Origin: Camelus ferus
Taxonomy: Eukaryota
Length of the DNA stretch: 64,000 nt
Reading direction: 5' to 3'
Assembly (NCBI RefSeq): GCF_009834535.1
Contig: NC_045697.1
Coordinates: 119,910,001-119,974,000, forward strand
In this document: piece by piece, positions 26,701 through 40,100 of the stretch
Numbering within the stretch: position 1 is the first letter of the stretch
How the letters are laid out: each line of letters opens with the position of its first letter
Made by a program: the position numbers and the translations under genes
The notes under the pieces: generated by a model
Seen by the model: the letters and a program-made list of their open reading frames with translations, nothing else
Told to the model about the DNA's origin: nothing
Databases searched by the model: none

Positions 26701-27572
26701 CACACGCTGCTACTTGGAATTCCAGCCCAACCACCATGTTTCCCTTGCAGCCTGGCCTGGGCTAAACAGAGGGAGAAGAAGCTATTGGTGCTATACGAAC
26801 CCATGCCCTGCTGACAATTGTGGAAACCTTTGAACACTCAGGATAACAGAACATATCTTTCTGTGTGTGATGAGTAGGAAAGAAACTCCAGGCATTTTTC
26901 TGGGGATCCAGGTTTTCCCGGTTGGGAGATGTCGGCTAGATTCCTTCAGTCCCATGGTGTGGCACTATCTTCCTTCTTCGTTTTCAAGCCCAACTCCCAG
27001 AATTCCCTTGAAGCTCCGGACAAGTGAAACACCCATGGGTGACAAATAAATGATACTATCAGAACCCCCGCGTTGCTGTCAGTTGAAGGACCCTCCAAAC
27101 CTTCAGGATTCTGGAACAAGTTTTTGAGTGTGGGAGTTGTGGAACCCTAATCCACGCAGATGGATGGGGTCATAGATTTGTCCCTGTTAGGGAGAAGTCC
27201 GCTAATTAACTCCACAGTGCATCTTGGGGCACTCGCTGCTTCTTAGATTTTCAGTCTTTCCCCCAATTTTCCCTCGCAGCCCGGCCTTTTAAAACACTCA
27301 GTGATAATAAGCTAGGTTTCTATTTGAACCCAGGTGCTGCAGACAATTTAGGAAACTCCCCACACTCAGAATAACTGAACAATACATTGAGTGTCTGATT
27401 TAAATGGGTAAACTAAATCCACGCATGTTTCAGGTTGTATAGGCGTTCCTAGGTTTTGGAGGTCGGATATTTACATCCACTGTCCATGGGGATTCCCTTG
27501 CAGTTGCTTGGATTCCAGCCCAACCCCCAGCGTTCCCTCTCTTCCCGGCCTGTGAAAACACTCAGGGAAAAA
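17695..27572. repeat. 19-monomer HOR / tandem duplication (5039 bp), two near-identical copies, second copy cut by the gap
   Basis: Identical ORF translations at 18427/23466, 19245/24284 and 19637/24676 (offset 5039 = 19 x 265.2). The copies differ mainly by 1-bp indels. Confidence 0.95.
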
Positions 27573-27672
27573 NNNNNNNNNNNNNNNNNNNNNNNNNNNN
27601 NNNNNNNNNNNNNNNNNNNNNNNNNNNNNNNNNNNNNNNNNNNNNNNNNNNNNNNNNNNNNNNNNNNNNNNN
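27573..27672. other. Assembly/scaffold gap (100 N, probably a placeholder of unknown true size)
   Basis: Exactly 100 consecutive N. The same satellite lies in the same orientation on both sides. Confidence 0.99.
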
Positions 27673-29985
27673 CAAATCTTTCTTTGTGTGATGGATTAGG
27701 AAACACACTCCAGGCATTTTTCTTGGGATCCAGGTTTTCCCAGGATGGGAGATGTCGGCTAGATTCCTTCAGTGCCCATGGGGATTCACTGTATTCTTCT
27801 TCTTTTTCAAGCCCAACTCCCAGCTATCCCTTGCAGCCCGGAGAAATGAAACACCCATGGATGACAAATAACTGATTCAATCATAACCCCGGCTTTGCTT
27901 TCTGTTGGAGGATCCTCCAAAATTTCAGGATTGTGGAACACGTCTTTGAGTGTGGGGAGTTGTGGAACCCCAATCCAAGCAAATGGATGGGGTCACAGAT
28001 ATGTCCCTGTTAGGGAGAAGTCCGCTAATTAACTACACAGTGCATATTGGGGCACTCGCTCCTTCTTAGATTTTCAGTCTATCCCCAAGTTTTCAAAGGC
28101 AGCCCGGCCTTATAAAACACTCAGTGATAATAAGCTAGGATTCTATTGGAACCCAGGAGCTGCAGACAATTGTAGATAACTCCCCACACTCAGATTAACA
28201 GAACAATACATTGAGTGTCTGATTTAGATGGGTAAACTAAATCCATGCATGTTTCAGGTTGTATAGGAGTTCCTAGGTTGTGGGAGTTCGGATATTTACA
28301 TCCACTGTCCATGGGGAGTCCCTTGCAATTGCTTGGATTCCAGCCCAATCCCCAGCGTTCCCACTCATCCCGGCCTGTGAAAACCCTCAGGGAAAAATAG
28401 CTACAGTTTCTATCAGAACTAAGGCGCTCCTGACAGTTGTAGAAAACTCCCTACACTAAGGAAAACAGAACACATCTTTGTGTGTGTGATGGGGTAAGAA
28501 AATACACAAAGGCATGTCTCTGGGTTGCAGGTGTTCGCAGGATGGGAAATATTGGCTAATTACCTCCACTGCCCATGGGGAAGCACTCTCTTCTTCTTCG
28601 ATATCCAGCATTATTCCTAGCATTCCCTTGCAGCCCGACCGTGGAAAACACCCAGGGATGACAAACTAAATCATTCTATCAGAACCAGGGCGCTGCTGTA
28701 TGTTGGAGGAACCTCCAAACCCTCAGGATTCTGGAACACCGATTTGCTTGTTGCGAACTGTGAAGCCACAGAGCACACTCATTGCTGGGGCTAAAGAATT
28801 TCCCTTTTAGGGCCAAGTCCGCTAATTACCTCCATAGTCTATCTAGGGTAACTCGCTGCTACTTGGAATTCCAGCCCAACCCCCATGTTCCCTGGCAGAT
28901 CTACCTGGGTTAACACAGAGTGAAAAGAAGCTACTGGTGCTATTCGAACCCATGTCCTGCTGACAAATATGGAAACCTTCGAACACTCAGGATAACAGAA
29001 CATATCTTTCTGTGTGTGATGGAGTAGGAAAACACACTCCAGGCATTTCTCTGGGGATCCAATTTTTCCCAGGATGGGAGATTTCAGCTAGAATCCTTCA
29101 CTGTCCATGGGGTTGCACTGTCTTCTTCTTCGTTTTCAAGCCCAACTCCCAGCTTTCCCTTGCAGCCCGGACATGTGAAACATCCATGGATGACAAATAA
29201 GGGATTCTATCAGAACCCCGGTGTTGCTGTCTGTTGGAGGAACCTCCAAAGCTTAAGGATTCTGGAACACGTCTTTGAGTGTGGGGAGTTGTGGAGCCCC
29301 AATACACGCAGATGAATGGGGTCACAGATTTGTCCCTGTTAGGGAGTAGTCCGCTAATTACCTCCACAGTGCATCTTTGGGCACTCGCTTCTTGTTAGAT
29401 TTTCAGTCTATCCCCAAGTTTTCACTCGCAGTCCTTCCTTGTAAAACACTCAGTGATAATAAGCTAGGTTTCTATTGGAACCCAGGTGCTGCAGACAATT
29501 GTAGGAACTTCCCCACACTCAGAATAACAGAACAATACATTGAGTGTGTGATTTAGATGGGTAAACTAAATCCACGCATGTTTCAAGTTGTATAGGCGTT
29601 CCTAGGTTGTGGGAGTTCCGATATTTACATCCACTGTCCATGGGTAGTCCCTTGCAATTGCTTGGATTCCAGCCAAACCCATGCGTTCCCTCGCATCCTT
29701 GCTTGTGAAAACACTCAGGGAAAAATAGCTAAAGTTTCTATCAGAACTAAGGCACTCCTGACATTTGTAGAAACCTCCCTAAACTAAGGAATACAGAACA
29801 CATCTTTGTGTGTGTGATGGGGTAGGAAAACACAGTAAGGCATGTCTCTGGTGTGCAGGTGTTCGCAGGATGTGAAATGTTGGCTAATTAACTCCACTGC
29901 CCATGGGGAAGCACTCTCTTCTTCTTCGATTTCCAGCCCTAATCCTAGTATTCCCTTGCAGCCCGACTGTGGAATACACCCAGGG
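27673..29985. repeat. 5-monomer HOR (1329 bp), about 1.7 diverged copies
   Basis: TCCGCTAATT of the same B subtype at 28021 and 29350 (offset 1329). Order is A-B-C-A-B-A-B-C-A. Confidence 0.75.
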
Positions 29986-32900
29986 ATGACAAACTATATC
30001 ATTCTATTACAACCAGGGCGCTGCTGTATGTTGGAGGAAACTCCAGACACTCAGGATTCCGGAACACGGATTTGCTTGGTTCGAATTGTGAAGAGCCAAA
30101 GCACACTCATTGCTGGGGCCCAGGATTTTCCCTTTTAGGGCCAAGTCCGCTAATTATCTCCATAGTCCATATCAGGGCACTCACTGCTACTTGGATTTTC
30201 AGCCCAAACCCAAGCTTTCTCTCGCAGCCCGGCTGGGGAAAACACAAAGGGAAAATATGTTATTGGTTGTAATGGAACCCAGTCTCTACCTAACTTTGTA
30301 GGAACCTTCCCACAACTAGGATAAATGAAGAAACATTTGTGTGTCTGATGGAGATGTGTAAACAAACTCCAGGCATTTATCAGACGGCTTAGGTGTTCCA
30401 ATGCTGTGGGACGTCGGAAAATTACCTCAAATTCTCATGGGGAGTAACTCGCTGCTGCTACGAATTACAGCCATGCCCACAGCTTTACCTCACAGCCAGG
30501 CCTGTGAAAACATTCACGGAAAACAAAATACTGGTGCTACTAATACCCAGGGGCTGTTGAAACTTGTAGAATCCTCCCCACTCTCAGGATAGCAGAACAA
30601 AATTTTGTGTATGTGATGGTGTAGGAAAATACACTCCAGACATGTTTCTGTGGGTACAGCTGTTCCCAGGTTTGGAGATGTTGCCTAATTACCTCCACTT
30701 CCAATGGGGAGGCACTCTATACTTCTTCACTTTCCAGACCAACTCCCAGGTTTTTTTTGAAACCCGGCCTAAGATAACACCCAGGGATGACAATATTAGT
30801 GATTCTAACAGAACCACCGCTCTGCTGCCTGTTGGAAGTACAACACACACTCAAAATTCCGGAACATGGCTTTGCTTGGTGGAGGTTTGGGGACCAACAC
30901 CACAAGATGCCTGGGGGCACAGTTTCTCTCTGTCTGGGGAAGTCCGCTAATTAGCTCTACAGTCAATATTTGGGCAATACTTGCTACTTGGCTTTCCAGG
31001 CGAACCCCCATGTTCCCTCGCAGCCCGCCCTGGAAAACACTCAGAGATTATAAGCTAGTGGTTTTATTGGAACCCAGGCACTGCAGACCGTTTTAGGAAG
31101 CTCCGCACACGCATTAAAACAGAACACATTTTTTGTATCTGATTGATATGGTAAAAACTCCACGCATGTTTCAGGGTGTACAGGTTTTCCTAGGTTGGGG
31201 AAGGTCAGATTATTCCCATTAATGCCCATGGGGAGGTAATCGCTCCTGCTTGGATTTCCATCCCATCCCCCAGTTTCCCTTGCAACCTAGTCAGAGGAAA
31301 CACTCAGGAAATTTAGCTAAAGTTTCTATAAAAACCCAGGCGCTGCTGACATTTGTAGAAACTTCCACAAACACAGGGTAACAGAACACTTCTTTGTGTG
31401 TGTGATGGAGTAGGAAAACACAGTCCATGCATGTTTGTGGGGTGCAGGTGTAACCAGGTTTGGAGACGTTGGCTATGTATCTCCAAATCCCATTTGGAGG
31501 CACTCTGTTTTCTTCGTTTTCCAGTCCTACTCCCAGCTTTCCCTTGCAGCCCGGGTTAGGAAAACACCCAGGGATGACAAACTAAGTGATTCTATCAGAA
31601 CCCCGGCGCTGCTGTCTGTTGGAGGAACATCCACACCCACAGGATTTACAAGCACGTCTTTGCTTGGGGGAATTTTGAAGCCCCACTCCACACACATGGC
31701 TGATGGCACAAGTTTTTCCCTGTTAGGTAGAAGTCCGCTAATTACCTCTACAGACCATCGTGTGGCACTCGCTGCTACATGGATTACCATCCCAACACAC
31801 AGTATTGCCTTGTAGCCCGGCCTGGGGTAACACACAGGGAAAAGAATGTAATAGTGCTATTAGAACACATGCGCTGTTGACAATTGTGGAAAACTTCGAA
31901 CACTCATGATAACAGAGCACATCTTTCTGTGTGTGATGGAGTAGTAAAACACACTCTAGGCATTTTTCTGGGGATCCAGGTTTTCCCAGGCTGGGAGATG
32001 TCGTCTAGATTACTTCACAGCCCATGTAGATGCATTGACTTCTTCTTCGTTTTCAAGTCCAACTCCCAACTTTCCCTTTCATCCCGTTCTTGGATTATAC
32101 CCAGGGATGACAGTCTAAGTGATTTTATCAGAGCTAAGATGCTGCTGTCTTATTTAGGAACTTCCAGATACTTAGGATTCTGTATCACGGCTATGCTTGA
32201 TGGTAGCTTTGGAGACCAACACCACAGAGATTGCTGGGTGCACAGGTTATTCCCTGTTAGGGAGATGTCCGCTTATTACCTCCAAATTCCATCTCGGTTC
32301 ACTCGCTGCTACATGGCTTTCCAGAGCAAGCGCAGCATTCCCTTGCAGGCCGGCCTGGGAAAACAATCAGGGATAATAAGCCAGTGGTTCTTTTGGAACC
32401 CAGGTGCTGCAGAACATTGTAGGATACTCCCCACACCCAGGAAATATGAACACTTCTTTGTGTGTCTCATGTAGTTTGGTAAACAAACTCCACGCGTGTT
32501 TCAGGGGGTTAAGTTGTACCTAGTTAGTGGGAGTTCGGGTAATTAAGTCCAATGACCATGGGGAGGCACTCGCTCCTACTTGGCTTTCCAGCCCAACCCA
32601 CAACTTTCCCTCTCAGCCCGGTCTGGGAAAACACTCAGGGATAATATGCTATTGGTTGTATTGGAACCCAGTCGCTACCTACCGTTGTAGGCTATTTCCC
32701 ACATCTGGGATAACAGAAGAAATCTTTGTGTGTCTGATGGAAATGGGTAAACAAACTCCACGCATGTATCAGGGGGCACAGGAGTTCCAATGCTATGGGA
32801 CTTCGGAAAATTACCTCAAATTCTCATGGTGATTATCTCACTGCTGCTACGAATAACAGCCAAACACACAGCTTTACCTCGAAACTAGGCGTGTGAAAAA

Positions 32901-32999
32901 ACTCACGGAAAACAAAAGAAAGTTGCTATTAGAACCCAGGCGCTGCTGATATTTGTAAAATCTTCCCCACACTCCGGATAGCAGAACACATCTTTGTGT

Positions 33000-35900
33000 G
33001 TGTGATGGTGTAGAAAAATACACTCCAAGGCATATTTCTGGGGTTACAGCTGTTCCCAGGTTTGGAGATGTCGCCTAATTACCTCCACTGCCAATGGGGA
33101 GGCAATCTATAATTCTTCGCTTTGCAGACCATCTCCCAAATTTCCCTAACAGCCCGGCCTAAGAAAACACCTAGGGATGACAATATTAGTGATTCTATTA
33201 GAAACCCGGCGCTTCTGTCTGTTGGAGGTACAACACAGACTCAAAATTCCGGAGCAAGGATTTGCTTGGTTTAGGTGTGGATCCCCACACCACACAGATG
33301 CCTGGGGTCACAGATATTCCTTGTTTATGAGAAGACTGCTAAATACCTCTACAGTCAATCTCTGGGCACACGTTGCTACTTGGCTTTCCAGCCGAACCCC
33401 AGCTTTCCCTCGCAGCCTGAACTGGAAATCACTCAGAGATAATAAGTTAATTATTCTATTGGAACATAAGCACTGCAGACCGTTGTAGGAACCTCCACAC
33501 ACGCAGGATAACAGAAAAATTTTTTTGTGTCTCATTGAGATGGTAAAAACTCCACGCATGTTTCAGGGTGTACTGCTGTTCCTAGGATGTGGGAGGTCAG
33601 GTACATCCCACTACACCCCATGGGGAAGTACTCGCTCCTGCTTGGCTTTCCAGCAAATCAACCAGTTCCCATTGCAACCCAGCCTGAGAAAACAATCAGG
33701 AAATGTAGCTAAAGTTTCTATCAAAACCCAGGTGCTGCAGTCTGTTGTAGGAACTTCCACACACACAGGATTCCCAAACACGGATTTGCTTGGAAGAGTT
33801 TTGAAGTCCCAATCGACACACATGGCTGGGAGCACAAGTTTTTCCCTTTTAGGGCCAAGTAATCTAATAACCTACATAGTCCATCTCGGGGCACTCGCTG
33901 CTACTTGGATTTCCAGCCCAACCCACATGTATCCCTTGCAGCCCGGCATGGGGTAACACAGAGGGAAAAGAAGCAATTGGTGCTATTCGAACCATTTCCC
34001 TGCTGAAAATTGTGGAAACCTTCGAACACTGAGGATAACAGAGCATATCTTTCTGTGTGTGATTGAGTAGGAAAACACCCTCCAGTCATTTTTCTGAGAA
34101 TCCAGGTTTTCCCAGGTTGGGAGATGTCGGCTTGATTCCTTCAGTGCCCATGGGGTGGCACTGTCTTCTTCTTCATTTTCAAGCCCAACTCCCAGCTTTC
34201 CCTTGCAGGCCATACAAGTGAAACACCCATGGATGACAAATAAGTGATTCTGTCAGAACCCAGGCATTGCTGTCTGTTGGAGGAACCTCCAAACCTTCAG
34301 GATTCTGGAATACGTCATTGAGTGTGGAGAGTTGTGGAACCCCAATCCACGCAGATGGATGGGGTCACAGATTTGTCCCTGTTAGGGAGAACTCCTCTAA
34401 TTACCTCCATAGTCCATCTCGGTGCACTCGCTGCTACTTGGATTTCCAGCCCAAATCCAAGCATTCCCTCGCAGCTCGGCCTGACAAAACACAAAGGGAA
34501 AACATGTTATTGTTTGTAATGGAACCCGGTCTCTACCTAAAGTTATAGGAAACTTCCCACAACTAGGATAAAAGAGGAAATATATGTGTGTCTGATGGAG
34601 ATAGGTAAACAAACTCCAAGCATGTATCAGGGGGATTAGGTTTTCCAAGGCTGTGGGAATTCGGAAAATTACCTCAAATTCTCATGGGGAGTAAATCGAT
34701 GCTGCTACGAATTACAGCCAAGCCCACAGCATTACCTCGCAGCCAGGCCTGTGAAAACACTCACAGAAAACAAAATACTGGTGCTACTAGAACTCAGGCG
34801 CTTCTGAAATTTTTAGAATCCTCCCCAAACTCAGGATAGCAGAACAAATATATGTGTGTTTGATGGTGTAGGAATGTATAATTCAGGCATGTTTCTGGGG
34901 GTACAGCTGTTCCCAGTTTTGGAGATGTCACCTAATTACCTCCACTGCCAATGGGGAGGCAATTTATATTTCTTCGCTTTGCAGACCATCTCCCAAATTT
35001 CCCTTAAATCCCGGCCAAAGAAAACACCTAGGTATGACAATATTAGTGATTCTATCAGAAACTCGGCGCTGCTGTCTGTTGGAGGTACAACACAGACTCA
35101 AAATTCCTGAGCAAGTATTTGCTTGGTTTATGTTTTGATCCCCACACCACACAGATGCCTGGGGTCACAGATATTCCTTGTTTATGAGAAGTCTGTTAAT
35201 ACCTCTACAGTCAATCTCTGGGCACTCGTTGCTACTTGGCTTTCCAGCCGAACCCCAGCTTTCCCTCGCAGCCTGACCTGGAAATCACTCAGAGGTAATA
35301 AGTTAATTATTCTATTGGAACACAAGCACTGCAGACTATTGTAGGAACCTCCACACACGCAGGATAACAGAAATTTTTTTTTGTGTCTCATTGAGATGGT
35401 AAAAGCTCCACGCATGTTTCAGGGTGTACTGCTGTTCCTAGGATGTGGGAGATCAGATAAATCCCACTACACCCCATGGGGAAGTACTCGCACCTGTTTG
35501 GCTTTCCAGCAATTCAACCAGTTTCCATTGCAACCCAGCCTGAGGAAACTATCAGGAAATGTAGCTAAAGTTTCTGTCAGAAACCAGGTGCTGCAGTCTG
35601 TTGTAGGAAATTTCACACAGACAGGATTCCCAAACACGGCTTTGCTTGGAAGAGATTTGAAGCCCCAATCCACACACATGGCTGGTGGCACAAGTTTTTC
35701 CCTTTTAGGGCCAAGTCCTCTAATTACCTACATAGTCCATCTCAGTGCACTCACTGCTACTTGGAATTCCAGCCCAACACACATGTTTCCCTTGCAGCAC
35801 GGCATGGGATAACACAGAGGGAAAAGAAGCAATTGGTGCTATTCGAACCAATGCCCTGCTGAAAATTGTGGAAACCTTCGAACACTGAGGAAACCAGAAC

Positions 35901-36700
35901 ATTTCTTTCTGTGTGTGATGGAGTAGGAAAACACACTCCAGGCATTTTTCTGAGAATCCAGGTTTTCCCAGGTTGGGAGATGTCCGCTAGATTCTTACAG
36001 TGCCCATGGGGTGGCACTGTCTTCTTCGTTTTCAAGCCCAACTACCAGGTTTCCCTTGCAGCCCGGACAAGCGAAATACCCATGGATGACAAATAACTGA
36101 TTCTGTCAGAACCCGGCGTTGCTGTCTGTTTGATTAACCTCCAAAATTTCAGGATTCTGGAATACGTCATTGAGTGTGGGGAGCTGTGGAACCCCAATCC
36201 ACGCAGATGGATGGGGTCACAGATATATCCCTGTTAGGGAGAAGTCCTCTAATTACCTCCATATTCCATCACGGGGCACTCGCTGCTACTTGGATTTCCA
36301 GGCCAAATCTAAGCATTCCCTCGCAGCTCGGCCTGAGAAAACACAAAGGGAAAATATGTTATTGGTTTTAATTGAACCCAGTCTCTACTTAACGTTGTAG
36401 GAAGCTTCCCACAACTAGGATAAAGAAGAAATATTTGTGTGTCTGATGGAAATGGGTAAACAAACTCCACGGATGTTTCAGGGGGTACAGTTGTTCCAAG
36501 GCTGTGGGACATCGGAAAATTACCTCAAATTCTCATGGGGAGTAACTCGCTGCTGCTACGAATTACAGCCAAGCCCACAGCATTACCTCGCAGCCAGGCC
36601 TGTGAAAACACTCACGGAAAACAAAGTACTGGTGCTACTATAACCCAGGTGCTGCTGAAATTTGTAGAATCCTCCCAAAACTCAGGATAGCAGAACAAAT
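33000..36700. repeat. 7-monomer HOR (about 1855 bp), two copies
   Basis: Homologous ORFs at 33525/35381 (offset 1856). Shared diagnostic variants: GAACACTGAGGA (34024/35881) and CAGCTCGGCCTGA (about 34471/36324). Confidence 0.85.
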
Positions 36701-37144
36701 ATTTGTGTGTGTGATGGTGTAGGAATATACACTTCAGGGATGTTTCTGGGGGTACAGCTGTTCCCAGGTTTGGAGATGTTGCTTAATTACCTCCAATTCC
36801 AATGGGGAGACACCCTATACATCTTCGATTTCCAGACCAACTCCCAGCTTTCCTTTGAATCCCGGCCTAAGAAAACACCTAGATTTGACAATATAAGTGA
36901 TTCTATCAGAACAACTGCTTGGCTGCCCTTTGGAGGTACAACACACATTCAAAATTCCGGAAAAAGGCTTTGCTTGGTGGAGGTGTGAAGACCTACACCA
37001 CAGGATGCATGGGGGCACAGTTTCTCTCTGTCTGGGAGAAGTCCGCTAATTACCTCTACAGTCAATTCCTGGGCACTCGTTGCTACTTGGCTTTCCAGCC
37101 GAACCACAGGCTTTCCCTCCCAACCCGCCAAGGAAAACACTCAG

Positions 37145-40100
37145 AGATAATAAGTTAGTGGTTCTATTGGAACCCAAGCACTGCAGACCGTTGTAGGAAC
37201 CTCCGCACACGCAGGATAACAGAAAAATTTTTTTGTGTCTCATTGAGATGGTAAAAGCTCCACGCATGTTTCAGGGTGTAGTGGTGTTCCTAGGTTGTGG
37301 GAGTTCAGATACAACCCACTACAGCCCATGGGGAAGTAGTCGCTCCTGCTTGGCTTTCCAGCCCATGCCCCAGTTTCCTTTGCAACCCAGCCTGAGAAAA
37401 ATATCTGGAAATGTAGCTAAAGTTTCTATCAAAACCCCGGTGCTGCAGTCTGTTGTAGGAACTTCCACAAACACAGGATTCCCAAACACGGCATTGCTTG
37501 GAAGAATTTTGAAGCCCCAAATCCCACACATGGATGGGGGCACAAGTATTTCCCATTTAGTGCCAAGTCCGCTAATTACCTCCATAGTCCATCTCGGGGC
37601 ACTAGTTGCTACTTGGATTTCCAGCCCAAACCCAAGCTTTCCCTCGCAGCCCGGCCTGGGAAAACACACAAGGAAAGTATGTTACTGGTTGTAATGGAAC
37701 CCAGTCTCTACCTACCGTTGTAGGAAACTTCCAACAGCTAGGATAAAAGAAGAAATTTTTGTGTGTCTGATGGAGATGGGTAAACAAACTCCAAGCATGT
37801 ATCAGGGGACTTAGGTGTTCCAAGGCTGTGTGACGTCGGAAAATTACCTCAAATTCTCATGGGGAGTAACTCGCTGCTGCTACGAATTACAGCCAAGCGC
37901 ACAGTTTTACTTCGCAGCCAGGACTGTGAAAACACTCACGGAAAACAAAATACTGGTGCTACTAGAACCTAGGTGCTGCTGAAAGATGTAGAATCCTCCC
38001 CACACTCAGGATAGAAGAACAAATTTTTGTGTGTGTGATAGTGTAGGAAAATACACTCCAGGCATGTTTCTGGTGGTACAGCTGTTCCCAGGTTTGGAGA
38101 TGTCGCCTAATTACCTCCAATTCCAATGGGGAGTCACTCTATACTTCTTCGATTTCCAGACCAACTCCCACCTTTCGTTTGAATCCCGACAAAGAAAACA
38201 CCTAGTGATGACAATATTAGTGATTCTATCAGAACAACTGCTCTGCTGCCTGTTGGAGGTACAACACACACTCAAAATTCCGGAACATTGCTTTGCTTTG
38301 TGGAGGTGTGGAGACCAACACGACAGGATGCCTGGGAGCACAGTTTCTCTATGTCTGGGAGAAGTCTACTAATTACCTCTACAGTCAATCTCTGGGTAAT
38401 CCTGGCTACTTGGCTTTGCAGGCGAACCCCCAGTTACCCTCGCAGCCCGCCCTGGAAAACACTCAGAGATTAAAAGCTAGTGGTTCTATTGGAACCCAGG
38501 CACTGCAGACCGTTGTAGGTAGCTCCGCACATGCAGGATAACAGAACATTTTTTTGTGTCTTATTGAGTTGGTAAACAGTCCACGCATGTTTCAGTGGGT
38601 ACAGGTTTTCCTAGGTTGGGGGAGGTCAGATTATTCCCATTAATGCCCATGGGGAGGTAATCGCTCCTGCTTGGATTTCCATCACATCCCCCAGTTTCCC
38701 TTGCAACCCAGTCAGAGAAAACAGTCAGGAAATTTAGCTAAAATTTCTACTAGAACCACAGGCGCAGCTGACAGTTGTAGAAACCTCCCCATACAAAGGG
38801 TAAAAGAACACTTCTTTGTGTGTGTGATGGAGAAGGAATACACAGTCCATGCATGTATCTGGGGTGCAGATGTAACCAGATTGGGAGACGTTGGCTAAGT
38901 ATCTCCACAGCCCATGGGGTGGCACTCTGTTTTCTTCGTTTTCCAGCCCTACTCCCAGCTTTCCCTTGCAGCCCGGGTTAGGAAAACACCCAGGGATGAC
39001 AAACTAAATCATTCTATCAGAACCAGTGCACTGGTATATGATTGAGGAAACTCCAAACACTCAGGATTCCGGAACACGGATTTGCTTGGTGCGAATTGTG
39101 AAGTACCACAGCACACTCAATCCTGGGGACAAGATTTTCTCTTTTAGGGCCAAGTTCTCTAATTATCTCCATTTTCCATCTCGGGGCACTCGCTGCTACT
39201 TGGATTTCCAGCCCAACACCCATGTTTCCCTTGTAGCCCGGACGGGGTTAACACAGAGGGAAAAGAAGCTTTTGGTGCTATTCGAACACATGCCCTGCTG
39301 AAAATTGTGGAAATCTTCGAACACTCAGAATAACAGAACATATCTTTCTGTGTGTGATGGAGTAGGAAAACACACTCCAGGCATTTTTTGGGGATCCATG
39401 TTTTCCCAGGATGGGAGAAGTCGACTAGATTCCTTCAGTGCACATGTGGTGGCACTGTTTTCTTCTTCGTTTTCAAGCCCAACTCCCAGCTTTCCCTTGC
39501 AGCCCAGACAAGTGAAACACCCATGGATGACAAATAAGTGATTCTATCAGAACCCCGGCGTTGCTGTCTGTTGGAGGAACCTCAAAAATTCAGGAATCTG
39601 GAACACGTCTTTGAGTGTGGGGAGTCGTGGAACCCCAATCCACGCAGATGGATGGCGTCACAGATTTGTCCCTGTTAGGGAGAAGTCCGCTAATTACCTC
39701 CACATTGCATCTTGGGGCACTCGCTGCTTCTTAGATTTTCAGTCTATCCCCCAGTTTTCACTCACAGCCCGGCCTTGTAAAACACTCAGTGATAATAAAC
39801 TAGGTTTCTATAGGAACCCAGGTGCTGCAGACAATTGTAGGATCCACCACACACTCAGAATAACAGAACAATACTTTGAGTGTCTGATTTAGATGGGTAA
39901 ACTAAATCCACGCATGTTTCAGGTTGTATAGGCGTTCCTAGGTTGTGGGAGTTCGGATATTTACATACACTGTCCATGGGGAGTCACTTGCATTTGCTTG
40001 GCTTTCCAGCCCAACCCCCAACTTTCCCTATCAGCCCGGCCTGGGAAAACACTCAGGGATAATATGCTATTGGTTGTATTGGAACCCAGTCTCTACCTAC

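Larger units (their letters stand above)
1..27572. repeat. Satellite DNA array, about 265-bp monomer, head-to-tail (segment left of the gap)
   Basis: TAATTA core recurs at 162, 428, 693, 958, 1224, 1490, 2025 and 2289, i.e. every 265-266 bp (a variant lies near 1758). GCAGCCCGG...GAAAACAC(T/C)CAGGGA recurs at the same period throughout. Confidence 0.98.

Noticed and set aside
27449..27875. ORFs containing X runs
   Set aside because: Artefacts of translating through the 100-N gap.
36062..36075. CENP-B-box-like CCCG...CGAA (also about 54815-54827) and TTCGTTTTCCAGCCC in A monomers
   Set aside because: Spacing is 6 or 5 nt instead of the required 7, and the TTCG words lack the A..CGGG part. 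This was checked by eye only, not by exhaustive scan.
38203..38215. GTGATGA as a possible C box of a tandem C/D snoRNA array (also about 40592 and about 44305)
   Set aside because: It is a sporadic variant of GGGATGA, with no conserved D-box and terminal stem arrangement.
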